A stretch of DNA of 62,499 nt, counting the filler. It is 7 parts of 7 records of this genome, joined end to end, with 100 filler letters (N's around TTAATTAATTAA, not from the genome) between each part and the next. Parts side by side here need not be neighbours in the genome. Positions count along the whole stretch, not along the records: positions 1 to 12,789 come from SRR7504441_12; 6 more parts are not named here. The stretch is one strand, 5' to 3'. The notes below the pieces were generated by a model. It ran no database searches. It was not told the DNA's origin and was given only the letters and a program-made list of their open reading frames with translations. This document shows, piece after piece, positions 1-12,200 of this stretch. A program made the translations under genes and the position numbers. Numbering within the stretch: position 1 is the stretch's first letter; every line of letters begins with the position of its first letter.

Positions 1-155
1 CGTACACAATGATCGTTCACTAATCGTTCACGCACAAATGCATTAAGAGCCCGCTCGAACGCGCACGCCACAATGAAACTAATAAAATTATGTAGCGTCT
101 TTGTAATAATGCCCAAGGTCTACCCAAAGTCCGTCCTATCAAAATGTTCATGCCC

Positions 156-3100
156 TCAAGCAGAGCATTGCCGATTCAGTTCATCCTCGCACAACAAGAG
201 CCGCACAACCAACTGGAAAGGCTCGTGCCACGAGGGCCCCATGAGTGCGGCTACTTGCTGCGTGATCACGTCCTCGTCATCTAGCTCTGACATCCCCTCG
301 AGAACTCGGTACACCTGCAACCTGGGTGAGCCTCCTCGCTTAGCGGCCAGCCACCTGCAGAAATAGACTTTCCCCGTACTTTTGCTCTAAATACATCCGC
401 AGAGACTCAATCTGGTAGCAAAGCGAGTCCTGGCTGCCAACATTCGGCAACACCAGCGTCTTGCCATCAGAAATCAGTCTACCAAGCCCCATGTCTGGAT
501 CTGCCTCGACGGGAGCGTTAACCTCCTCATGCGGGGCGTCGGGGATCGATACAATGTCAACCTCGTCTTCTGCAGCCGCGCCGTTCTCCTCCATGGGGTC
601 CTCAAGACACTCGTGCATCGACTGCATCAAATTGACCAAGTTGTCCGCTTCCTCCTCAAACTGGGCCTCAGTCATGGTGCTATCCTCATCTGCCAAGTGC
701 ATCTCCTGTTGGGCTTCGACGAACTCGCGCTCGACACTGAACTCGACAGGCTCAGCAACTGGCCGAGGCGCCGGCGGCGGAGGCGCCACAGCAGCGGTCG
801 AGAACTCCTCTTCGGCTGCAGCTGTCTCATGCCGCCTTTTGGGACTTGAGTCGAGCACCAGCTCGAACTCCACTTGGTTCACGGGAGGCCTGACATTTTG
901 TTCGATCGGAGCTTGATCCGCTCGCTTATCAAGCACCAGCTCGAAATCAAACCCGGACGGGTCATTTATCTGGCGCTTCGCTTGCTCCATTCTCTCGTGC
1001 ATAGCCTTGCGCTGCTCCTCCCTCTTTTGCCTGCGAGCATCGAGCTCCGGATTGGACGCCACTGGCTGCGGTTCTTCCCTCTGGACCTTCTTGGCCACCT
1101 GATCTGCTTTCTGCTGCTTTGCTGCTGCTTTGTGCGCGTCGATCATTTCTTTCACGCTGGATTCTCTTCGGTTTGCCGCACGCAGCGCCACAAGCCGTTC
1201 TCGATGCTCTTTCTCTTCTTTCAGCTTCTGCTGCTTCTTGTCCTCTTGCTTCTTCTTGAATTCTGCTTTCTTCCGTGCATGATCCTCCATCATTTGCATC
1301 TCTAGCAGCTCCTTTTGCGCCCGCTCGGCAGCCCGCTGCTCGTACCGATCCATCTGCTTGCCTGCTTGGTTTGGACGACGCGCACCATTCCCTTTCCGGT
1401 GTCCGTTTCGGGGCGATGCTCGAGGCGAATTTCGAGGCGAGTACCGGGGCGATCGGTCTGCTTGCATTGCAGCGTCATTGGCGGCCTTGATGCCTTCAAT
1501 GTCAAGGATCAACTGCTTATCTTTCGGCGAGCGAGCCCCCAGGTTGCGCTGGACCTGCTGCACTACTTGTTCCATCTTGGCCTGAGCCGCCTGCCTCTCA
1601 GCAGTCTCCCGTGCAATGCCCAGAGGGCTGAGTGGCTCGGGCAAGTCTTGATCCATGGCATCACGTGCTTGCTGGAATTTCTTAAGACGATTCAGCATTG
1701 TCATTTCAGCCTCGTTGGCTCGCTCGGCAGTGCCTCCGTCGTCGTCAGTTTCGTTCTCTCTATTGAGCTGGAATGCCTGCAGTCGGTGCACCATCGACTG
1801 CGCTTGAGTATCGACGACCAACCCTTTCTTTGTCTCAGCCGCTGGGCCCAGCCCGTCCGTGTCCTCAGTGGGTTGTGAGGCCCTATCCTTGAACTCTTGA
1901 AGCCTGCGCATCATGGTGGCTTCGGCGTGCTCTTGCTTCTCCTCTGGTGTAGCCGCATCCAGCTTCTGTGTCTCACACAGGGGGCTTGCGCTCGCCTGGG
2001 CCGGTGCCACTTCAGCAGTACAACTATTCCACGCATCACTCCCTCCCGCCGCCGCCTGCTGCGCCTGCCTGGCCGCTTCAGCTGCCTGCTGTTCTGCCAG
2101 CTGCCGGGCCACTCGGGCGGCTTCGGCTTCGGCGGCTTGCCGCTTGCGAGCCCCAGCCTGCCTCCGAGCCTCGATGTCCGCCTGCACCGCAGCTCTTCGC
2201 CGTTCGTCATCCGCCCGCCGCTTCCGGGCGTTCTCTTCTCTCTTAGCCTCGTCCTGCCTCTTCCTCATGGCCGCTTCCTCCGACTTCCGCCGCTCCTGCT
2301 CCTCCTTCTGCTTGCGTTGCTTGGCCTCACGTTTAAGTCTCTGCTCCCGCATTGCCTTCACTCGTTCGTCCCTCGCCTGCTTCTCCAGCGCCTCTCTGAG
2401 CGCCTTCTCCTCGGCCTCCGCCTTTTTTCTGGCCCGGTGCTCCTGCTCCTTCTTTTGCCTAGCTATCTTCTCCTTTTCGTACTTCATCTTTGCTGCAGCT
2501 TCGCGACGCATCTTATCCTCTCTTTCTCTCTTTGCTCGCTCTTCCGATGCCTTCTGTAACCGCTGTTGCTGCTGTTGCTGCTGCTCCCGCCTCTGCCGGT
2601 CCCTGGCCATCATCTCCTCGTGGTCTTTGTTCCGCTGGTTGGCGTCATTTGCTCCTCCTACACGAAACACGCTCGGGTCCTGCTGGCCATTCGCTGACAA
2701 ATCGGTCGTAGCGTTCTGCCCGCCCCGGCCCTCCGCCTCCTCTCGCCGCCTGTGCGCCTCCTTGAGCCTCTTCAGGATCTCTGCTGGTCGCTCCTTCTTA
2801 AAGTGATCTACCTGGATCGCTGGGCTCGGTCTGTGCAGCATCGTATGAGCGAACTCGTCAACCCGAATGGTCTGTGAGAGGAATTTGGAGATCCTCTCCC
2901 TCACAAAGCTCTTCTTGAGGATTTGGCCCACCGTCGGCCGCCGGCGAGGGTCCTTTGAGAGCATCAGAGCCACCAGATCCCGCACATCCTTGCTGTACTT
3001 GGATGCGATCGGTGGGTAGATACCACGCAGGATCTTCACAACCAGCCCTCGCATGTTGTTCCCCTCGAACGCGTGCCTCAGCGTGAGCAGCTCATACAGC

Positions 3101-4044
3101 AGGCAGCCCATCGCCCAGATATCACTGACCACACCCTCAGAGCAGGCCAGCCGCTCCCGACACCTCTTCTGATCGTAAGGCTTTTCCTGGCAGATTTCAG
3201 GCGACAGATAATATGGGGTGCCTGTGCCCGGGTGAGCCCAGACAGGCCACGCGCTGCCGACCAATGGCTGTCTTTGCGAGCTCGCCAGTGTTCGACAGCA
3301 CTTTGCTGATTCCAAAGTCGCCCACCCGAACGAGCCTGCACTCTCGACTCAGCGGCACGGGGCACGGCCGGCGCACTTTTTATTTCCAGTCAGAAATATG
3401 TTCTGGGTCTGCGGCAGACACACGGCTCGCGCGGGCCGGGCTGGGCCGAGTCACCTTGAGGTCTCTGTGCAGAATCTTACGGTCGTGAATGTGCTTTATC
3501 GCCAGGCAGATCTGCACAAACCAGTCCAGCACCTGCTCCGAGCCTCGCGCCGGCCCCCGCCGGAGCCCGGACCGTCTCCTCGCTGAAGGTGCTGCGCTTC
3601 GACTTCATCTGCTTGACTGTATCGTGCAGGTCGCCTGCCTGACGCTCAGCGGCAGCCCGGCGCCCACGGCCCGGACCGCCCTCGGCGAAGTCCATCAGAA
3701 TGCAGAGCCAGCCCTTTTCGAGGAACGATTCGCGGTAGGTGACGATGCACGGGTGCTTGGTCAGCACCGATAGCACCGAGATCTCGTTCATGGCCTCCTT
3801 GATCTCCTTGGGCTGTCAGAGCGCCGCCCGCGGTCAGCCCCAACCCCCCGGGGCGCGGCCCACCTTCATCCGGGAGACATTCACCTTCTTCAAGCAGTAC
3901 TGCCGCGTGTCCCGCTGCCCCCAGATCCCCGCTCAGCCGGGGGCTGGCCACCGGGCGGCCGGGGCGTCGAACCTTATCTTTGACGAGCCACGCCTCGCCG
4001 AAGCCGCCCCGCCCGAGCAGCTTCACCTCCCGGTACTTGTCCAT
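156..4044 (-). CDS. NEK1: NIMA-related Ser/Thr kinase, NEK1-like (kinase, long charged coiled coil, NEK1-type C-terminal domain); about 8 short introns
   Basis: Spliced N-terminus reads [21 protein letters not shown]...[11 protein letters not shown]...MDFAEGGDL...[19 protein letters not shown]...[10 protein letters not shown]...[28 protein letters not shown]-terminal [24 protein letters not shown] motif. Stop TGA at 156-158. Confidence 0.9.
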
Positions 4045-4300
4045 CGCTCACGACCAGTCCCGGAGCCCGCTGCCGCACGCCGCTGCCGCCTGCCAAGGCT
4101 GCCTTCCCGCGTCGACTCCGCCCGACACCCTGAGGCACTGCACAGCCAATCGAAGCTTGAAGCTTGTCCGTTAACTTGAAATCGTTGAAGTCTGACCGTC
4201 TGAGCGCTGAGCACGCTATGAGCACGCGCTGAGCTAGTACATGTAAAAGGCTTCAGTTTATCTGGCGTTAATCATTTATCTGGCACTAATCTGGCATTAA

Positions 4301-6124
4301 TTAATAATCATAATCATCATAGTCATACTCAAGTATCGGTTTTTTCAGGGCATACTCAAGTACAGGTTTTTTCGGGGGGTGAGGTTGAACCTGAGTGGGG
4401 TCATCAAAAACAGAGTCATCCCACATGCCCGGATCTTGTCTTGCCGAGGGTATTACACAACGTACAGCAGCAGCTGCTGCATTCACATGCGGAGGATACC
4501 GACCCCAGTATCCATCTGGGTTTGCAGCTTTGAACACATCCATGAAGATCTGTTTTGCACCCTCGATCTTCCAGCCTTCAACCTCATTTGCGTCTTGGCA
4601 TCGGGCAAGTCGTTCATTGTATTGCTGCAAGCTACAGCTTCCTAGATTGCGTGGTACTCGTAGGTCACTGATCTTGTGCACAGCCAAGATAGCTTCTTTT
4701 GGAATATGTCTGCTAACAACGACGACACGGTGGGCGCAGGCAAAGTGATGGGTTTGTGAATTGGTTGAGTAGTGCGATGGCATGAGAGCTTTGAACTTGG
4801 CTGAGTCAGACACATCATTGATGTTTTCCAGGGGAATTTTAGAGTGATCGATCTGTACAACAATCTGCAGAGATCGCGAGTTGAGTGCCGCTGCATAATA
4901 CATGGCTGTCTCTGCGTCTAGCGATGTGTGTATGAATTGGCTTGGCCGAGATCCGTCTGCGATTGATGTGTACAAGCTTACGTTGGCTGTCACATCAGCA
5001 GGAAAGAGGCCGTTCTCATAGGACTCGCCAGCACGCAGCCCCCGCCACAGGAACTGTGTTTCGGTCAGTGCGTGGAGCTCGACCCTCTTGTGACGCAACT
5101 CTGCCTGCTGATCTCGAATTGAGTTGCCCAGCGCATCAACAGCATTAGACACCGCGCCAATGCGGCGCGTATCCCGTCGCTCTGCGCGTTCACGCTGTGC
5201 TCGCTGTACAGCACGGCGTCGCCTCTCAGCCGCCTCCGCCTCCTTCCGTTCCTTGTCTTCCTTCTCCCTTCGCTCTGCCTCAAGCCGCTCCTGTTCTACG
5301 CGTAGAACAAGCTTACGCAATTCTATCGCGGCCTCCTTCTCCTGCTGTTCACGCTTTCTGTCAGCATCATAAGCCCGAATGCTAGCTGCTCGAGCCTGAC
5401 TGCGCTGCTTATGGTCACGATAGAATTGCGTAAGCTTCGACTTGAGCTCGCTAGCAATTCCGGTGCTGCACTGAAATCGCTCTGGGCGTATAACAATCCA
5501 AGAACCATCGCCCGCTACTGCCACGTCTAACACCGGATCCTTGCCACCACTTTTCAGTTCGTTGCCAAAGTGCTCGCCAACAGCTTTCCATTCAGTACCC
5601 TCCGAATCTGCTATGAAGTACCCACCATCAGGCAGAAGCCGAATGCATTTGATTGTCCCTTTGTTCTCGTGAATCCGATCAACCCTTTCCCTCAAATCAT
5701 CATCGACGTTCCAGGAAAGCCAGTATCCGTTGGTGCCTTGCACCAGTGCACACCTGTCTTCGTCACCAAAGCTGACTTGGACTCGATGTTGACTTCTAGT
5801 CCGCTCCTTTATGTTGTCTGTTGCGCCCGTGCCACCCCACCAAGCGTGACACCCGGTACCATCGCGCTTTTTACCTCTCACATACCATTCGCCATTGGGC
5901 CCGTGGGCGACATCGGTAATGTACCTTCCCTTTGCATAGCAGTTATTGAGCTGCGACGCCAGCTGGCTCGGCAGGCTTCCGGGACCAGTGGTCCAGTCAT
6001 TTGACTGCCAATCAGTGGTGCCATCTGATTCGTCGAAGAAGTACAGATAGTCGTCTCCGGTACCACCTAAGATTACCTTCAGCCGGCTCCCAGCGCTGCC
6101 CGTCAATGGTGCAGGCCTCGACAT
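4301..6124 (-). CDS. Intronless protein: N-terminal beta-rich repeat domain, coiled coil, C-terminal ADP-ribosyltransferase-like fold
   Basis: Open frame from ATG 6124, the first ATG in the ORF. Motifs FLWRGL..GL, SQFIHTS...A..YA, IVVQID and VVVVSRHIPKEAI follow ART-fold strand order. Confidence 0.65.
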   Translation of the reverse strand: MSRPAPLTGSAGSRLKVILGGTGDDYLYFFDESDGTTDWQSNDWTTGPGSLPSQLASQLNNCYAKGRYITDVAHGPNGEWYVRGKKRDGTGCHAWWGGTGATDNIKERTRSQHRVQVSFGDEDRCALVQGTNGYWLSWNVDDDLRERVDRIHENKGTIKCIRLLPDGGYFIADSEGTEWKAVGEHFGNELKSGGKDPVLDVAVAGDGSWIVIRPERFQCSTGIASELKSKLTQFYRDHKQRSQARAASIRAYDADRKREQQEKEAAIELRKLVLRVEQERLEAERREKEDKERKEAEAAERRRRAVQRAQRERAERRDTRRIGAVSNAVDALGNSIRDQQAELRHKRVELHALTETQFLWRGLRAGESYENGLFPADVTANVSLYTSIADGSRPSQFIHTSLDAETAMYYAAALNSRSLQIVVQIDHSKIPLENINDVSDSAKFKALMPSHYSTNSQTHHFACAHRVVVVSRHIPKEAILAVHKISDLRVPRNLGSCSLQQYNERLARCQDANEVEGWKIEGAKQIFMDVFKAANPDGYWGRYPPHVNAAAAAVRCVIPSARQDPGMWDDSVFDDPTQVQPHPPKKPVLEYALKKPILEYDYDDYDY

Positions 6125-6282
6125 GTAGCTGACCACCTGTCTCTCGAGACCTGCTGACCTATCTCTCTTCCCCGGACTGTGCCACCAGAACCTGCCGAAC
6201 CTGCCACACACTTCCGTTGCCACTGCCGTTGCAGCACCACCAAGCGCTGGTTGAACGACGCAGGTAGCCAGCACCACCACAC

Positions 6283-7109
6283 ATGGCCAGAGGCAGCCTC
6301 AGCGCAAAGTTTGCGACCATCGTCAACCAGGGCGGCCGGGGCGGTCGAGGCGGCCGAGGCCGTGGCCGCGGTCGAGGCCGGGGCCGGGGCGGCCGGGGCC
6401 GGGGCGGCGTCAAGACAGTCCAAACGGTGCAGCGGCTGGATGGCAACGCTGACCAGGCAGCCCGCAGGTGGTGGTGGCCAAGGCGCGCCGCCAGGGCCAG
6501 ACCCAAGTGTCCCGGAAGCAATCCAGGTCCCCCCAGCCCAGTCGACAGCCCGCTCATCGCCCGCGCAGGGCCAATCTGCTCGCCGCCAAGCGGAACCGCG
6601 CCGCCACGCAAGTGGCAGGCAAGGGTCGGGGCCGAGGCCGCGGCCGCGGGAGAGGACGGTGTGCGCCAGTCCAGATGAGGACGCTCAGCCGGCTGGGGCA
6701 GGGGACGCGGGGCTAGCAGAGGCCGCGGCAAAGGCAAGGGCGGGCGCGGACGTGAGTAGCCACCACAGACTGACTTAGCCGGCCGCTAGCGGGCGCTTGT
6801 GTCGCGTGCGCGGTTCGATCGTCGGTCTGACCCCGAGTTTGCTGCAGGCGGCCGCGGCAAGGGCAAGGGCGGCAAGGGCGAGTCACCCAACCCGGAGGCC
6901 ATGGACGACGACTTGGACGAGTACATGGGGCGCGACGTGGCCGCCGCCAAGGCGGTGCGCTGGCCACCCAGCGGCCGACGGCTGACCGGGCGCAGGAGCG
7001 GAAAATCGCCTCGCTCGATGATGACCTGGATGCTTACATGGCCGCAGACAAGGCTGACGAGGCTGTAGCGGAGCCGGAAGCTGTGGCTGAGCCTGAGGCC
7101 GCCCTGTGA
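6283..7109 (+). CDS. RGG-rich protein with C-terminal FoP/CHTOP-type duplicated LDxDLDxYM motifs (mRNA export adaptor-like); 5 introns
   Basis: N-terminal SLSAKF, RG/RGG tracts and spliced C-terminus AMDDDLDEYMG...SLDDDLDAYMAA. Stop TGA at 7107-7109. Confidence 0.8.
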
Positions 7110-7568
7110 GACTTAGAGTAGCTAGGGCCGAGCGCGCCAGTTCTGGAAGCGGATTCGCAGCCTGCTGTGACCAGCGGAGGAGCTGCTGATGAGGCAGCAA
7201 TGAACTGGGGCCAGCCATCTTAGACAATCCAATGCTGCACCTCTGTGGGAGCAAGCAACCTATCAATTCAAACCTATACTGCGTACGATGGTATCTCATC
7301 ATCATCCTATTGTCCTCTGGTCTAACTCCCCCAGCTCAACTCAGCTTCTGGGTCTTCTAAAATTTTGAGCCGCCCTCTAGAGAAAGTCTTAACTCTTAGC
7401 TTGGCACGTCTCCTACGTACTAGTTATATAATCTAGCCTCACTCTAATTTAAAATTAAATCCAGTTGACCTCCCAACCGCATTTATGGTACCTACCTGCA
7501 TCGACTAATCGACTATATATATCTAGAACATAAACGTCTACTCCCAACAGCTAGCAAGTTTACTTGCA

Positions 7569-9111
7569 TCAAGCAAACATGCCCCGAGCAGCCAACACTG
7601 TCGCCCAACCGCCAAACACTACCGAGACCAGCAAGACCCCGCCCTGCGGCCAGCGCGCGTCAGTGCGGAACATTCCGAGACGCACCAGGAACACCTGCTT
7701 AGCTAGGCTGAGCTTGGCCCAGCCGCCCTTGTGCGAAATATGCATCTGCCAATCGCACCATCAGCCGCGCACCGGCCACCCGGCCGCACCAGCACAGGCA
7801 CCACGATCCCGCTCCCTGTCATCGCGATCCCACCTGGCCAGTTGCCTTTAAATACATGGCGGGCTGGTGTCGTCTCTTGCCTACGAGCGCGAGGATGTCT
7901 GCCATGTCTGGGATGGCCACTGCGACGGTGACCACCAGCACCACAATCGCCAGCCTCGAAGTGATCTTGTAGTCTGGCACGATCGAGTCGCAGTACTGGG
8001 CTACGGGGAGCATCTGAAGCCACAATCAGCCCGACCGAAACAGTTAGTCGCCTGAATTGGAAACGTGAAGAGGACCGCAAAGGCTTGAATCGACCTGACC
8101 AAGTCACACAGCAGGCTGTTGCTCAGATTGTCCGTTACAGGAGCCTCCACCGCATCTCCCCAGGCCAAGTACCCTGCCCACCCGCTCCGGCCGCCGGCAC
8201 CAGACAGCGTGCCTGCAAGACCCGCCATGACGTATAGCCCAGCAGCGGTGGTCACAGCCCCCACAAAGCACACCGGCGCCTCGCTCGGACGCTCCATTGT
8301 CTGGACTATTGGAATGAAACAGAATATGCCTGCCCACGCCGGCTAGGCCCGTAACTTACACCCTGCGTGCACCTTCCATCGAGAAAAACGTGATACCAAA
8401 GCACTCAGGAAAGGCCAGGAAGCCAGCCAGCCCCGGCTCGGTGCTGTGCGCCGGGCCTTCCTTGCTGATCCTCTCGGTGGAGTATCCGACCACGAATGCG
8501 ATCACTAGTAGCACACAGGCCACTCCCACAGCCGACCACTGCTTCAACTTGTCCAGCGAGCGCAGCTGGCACAGCCCGGCCACCACCGGCAGGAAGATCA
8601 GCCCCCCGGCCCAGCGAGGTATCGCCGGGGCCAGCGCGTGCACGTAGTCGGCTAGGTAGACCACAAACGCTACCCCGACCCCTAGCTGCGAGAGCAGCAT
8701 CATAGCTAGCACCAGGTCCCGGCCCGCTCTGCCCAGGGTGATTCCGGCAAGCTCCTGTAGCGAGAGCCTCTCGGGATCCAACGGTTCCTCCGGCCGACTG
8801 GTCAGCTCTAAGTACAGGTCGGTCACTAGCGTTAGCCCATAAATTGTGAGCCACCCAACGAAAACGGCGGTGAGCACACCCCCAGTCACCCCAGCCGCGC
8901 TGAACGCCTTGGGCATGCTCATCCAGCCGCACCCGATCATCGACTTGATCATGAGCACGTACGCCATCCAAAGCCCCAGCCGGCTGCCCGCCGGCCCACC
9001 GGAGGCGGCTGGCAGCTCGTCGGTGTACCCCTGGTCCGCCCGCTTGGTCACCAGTGGGGTGTCCTCGTGCGGAGCGCCGGAGCTCGAGCGGCCCGGCGGG
9101 TCCCCCGACAT
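7569..9111 (-). CDS. Amino acid transporter, AAAP/Aa_trans (SLC36/SLC38-like); 6 introns, 3 with GC donors
   Basis: Motifs MIKSMIGCGWMSMPKAFSAAG, LCQLRSLDKL, FGITFFSMEGI, GYLAWG, FTFPIQM and VAIPD, plus multiple TM segments. Confidence 0.9.
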
Positions 9112-9232
9112 TAGCACTCTCTGCGTTGCCACCTTGCCTGGCGCCGGTGGGCCCTACCGGTAGCTCAAACGTCAACGTCCGTTGCTCGAAGGGCGGACGG
9201 GCGGCGCTACTGACTGTAAGTACTGTCGAAGG

Positions 9233-12200
9233 ATGGAGGTCAGCGAGGTTCTGGCGGCGACGCTGAGCCCGAACAAGGAGACCCGGGTTGCAGCCGAGCA
9301 GCAGCTCAAGAGCCTCGGCGAGACACCCGGTTTCGGTGTGGGGCTCTTCCAGGTTGTGGCCTCGAACCACTTTGGGATCGCCCCGCGGCACGCCGCCGCG
9401 ATCTACTTGAAGCACTTTGTGGACAAATCTTGGAGCAGCCACTTCACCGAGCCGGAGCGCGCGCTGGTCAGCCCGCCCAGCTGCCCGGCCGCAGCTCGGA
9501 TCGCAGGTCCGCCAAAATATTGTGGACGCGGCGGCGGCGGTTGAGGTGCCGTCGATCCGGACCCAGCTGGCGCTCACCATGCAGCGGATCGCCACGGTGC
9601 CAGCCCGGCCGGGTGGCGGGCATGTCGGGCAGGACGAATTCCCTGCGGTGTGGCCGGTTTTGATCGGCTCAATCACCGGGCACCTGGAGAGTCAGCAGCC
9701 GAGCCGGGTTAGCGCGGCTGTCTACCTGTTCGAGGCGCTGGCTGGCCTGTCCGGTGGCTGAGGGCGCGGTCAGGGTCTCTCCAAGATCACCCGGCTGCAA
9801 CATGGGCCGTACAATACCCGTGCAAGCACCCAGGCGCAGGTGTGGGCTGGCGGGGATGCGGGCTGACGGGGGCTGCAGAGCGCACAGGAGGTTGAGAGGC
9901 GGCAAGTACTGGACCAAGTGGTGGCCCGGGTGGCGCCTACCCTGCTCGGGCTACTCACCAACCTGCTGGCCTCCCCGGACTGGACCGAATCGTCCGGAGT
10001 GATCGCTAAGCTCTTAGCCAAAGTTCACTGGAACCTGATGCACACAGGGCCGCAACCGCCCAGCTGCCTCGCAGAGCCGGCTGCATTCAACGGGTGGCTC
10101 TCCAAGCTGGTCGAGCTGTACCTGCTCCCAGTCCCTAGCGAGCCCCTCGGGCTCGGCCCGGACGAGCCGCTCAACAAGTCCGCTTGGTGGAAAGCCAAGA
10201 AGTGGGTCTCTCACTCGATGATTCGGTTCCTGCAGCAGTACAACCCAGAGGAGTCAAACCAGCTGCTGACGGTCGGACACGTGGTCGGGATGACCCAGGC
10301 GGCGCTGGGCGTGATCCAGCAGTGGTGTGGGAATGCTCCGGTGTCCGACCGAGTGCTCAACACGACCCTCATGTTCTTGAGCACTTCAGTCCAGTTCTCG
10401 TGCAGCTACCAGATCTACAAGGACCACGTGCCCCAGCTGCTCACCAACGTGGTGCACCCACTTCTCTGCTTCTCGGCCGAACATGAGAAGATGTGGAGAG
10501 AGGACCCAGACGAGTATGTCAGGGTCTCTCTCGACATCATGGCCGAGCTGCACTCGCCCTCCAGCGCGGCGCTCCAGTTCTTTCAGGTGCTGCTGAATGA
10601 GCGCGGCAAGCACACGCTGCCGGTGGCGATTCAGATGCTCCAGGTGCTGCTGTCTGATCCATCACAGACGGCCTCGCAGCAGTATGGGACTCTAGGACTC
10701 GTGGTAGGCCTCAAGAGGAAGCTGCTGGGTAAGAATAAGCAGCTTCGGCAGCAAGCGAGCGAACTGCTCACTCACCACGTGATTCCAAAGCTGGGTGCAC
10801 CCGATGGGTTCATCCGCGCGCGCGCATGCATCGTGTGCTCAGACTATGTCCACGCAGTGCCAGCCGGGGCACCGTTTGAACAAATGCTGGTGGGGGTGAC
10901 CTCGTGCCTGAGTGACAAGGAGCCGCCAGTCAGAGTGAACGCGGCCACAGCGGTCGGCTCGCTGGTTGAGAGCTCTCAGGCGGCTGCACAGCTCAAGCCG
11001 CACCTTGGGACGCTGCTAGAAGTGCTGTGCAAAATGATCCACGACACTGGTAATGAGGAGGTGCCGGGCCGCCCCACTGCCGCTCACAGCGGCCAGGTGA
11101 TCACAACGCTTGGCGCGATTGTCGATGAAATGCCTGACGAGATCAGCCCTTATGCGGTTTGGGGCTGCAAGTGTGGCCGGCTCACTTGAGGGGGCAGGTG
11201 CAGCTCTGTCAGCTGTTCACCCAGGCCTTCCTTAGAATACTCAAGGCCGACAGCGACGATGAGGAGGACTACGAGGACGAGGGCTCTCTTGCGGCTGTCG
11301 GGTGCATCGCGGGGATTAATTCGATCCTGCACGTGATGAAGCCAGAGGTATCCGCAGAGCAGATCCCGCAGATGGAGCCCATGCTACTCGGACTGGTCAA
11401 CACGCTGCTGGCTGAAGAAAGTCTGGACTTCCTGGACGAGGCGCCAGCCGGCTGGTGGCAGGCTGACCAGTCGGGCAGATGCTAGAGATCATCATGGAGA
11501 TTGCTTCGAAGACGCCGGTGATCGGGGACGAGCTCTGGCGGCTATTCCTCCACATGGCTAAGATGCACAACGAGTCGGCCTGTGACTACCTGTCCAACTT
11601 CGTCCAGGCACTTTAGCATGCTGCCAACACTGACTGTATCCAGGCGATGGCCCCATTTGTGTCACGGATGCCTGCTGTGGCGTGCCAGCATCAGTACCAG
11701 CAGGCGGTTTTCTCAATGGTAGCGCTGTGCAGGGCACTAGGCTTACTCGATTGCTCAGGTGCAGCACACATTTGCCAACCAAGGCAGTTCCATATCTGAA
11801 CTATTTCTGGCTGCGCGATGGGCTGGGTTCAACTTGCAGCACCTGAAGGACGTGTGCAGAGAGCCTGGGCTAGTGCAGCAGTATCTGTCGCTGGCTGGTG
11901 CCCTGGCCTCCCTGGACTGGGGCTGACCAGACGGCAGTGACGATGCTCGACCAAACCATGAACAGCAGGGCCGAGCAGGACGAGGAGGACGGGGCTGAAT
12001 CCGAGATGGTTGAGCGCACGCTGCTTGTGTTGATTGCGGATGTGCTGATCTTTGAGCCACGGGCATCGTTGGGTGTGCTCGATGCGAATGGATGGACAGC
12101 CCAGGTGCTTGAGGTGCTCTGGAGCCGGATGGAGGGGTTTGGCGGCGAGGAGGAGCCCGAGGGGACGGAGCGCCGCCGCACAATACTGGTGAGTCCGCAT

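Noticed and set aside
461-2806. Long antisense and alternate-frame ORFs (also 8405-9676, 34047-34958, 39595-40534, 42915-43775)
   Set aside because: Shadows of GC-rich or low-complexity coding sequence with no independent motifs.
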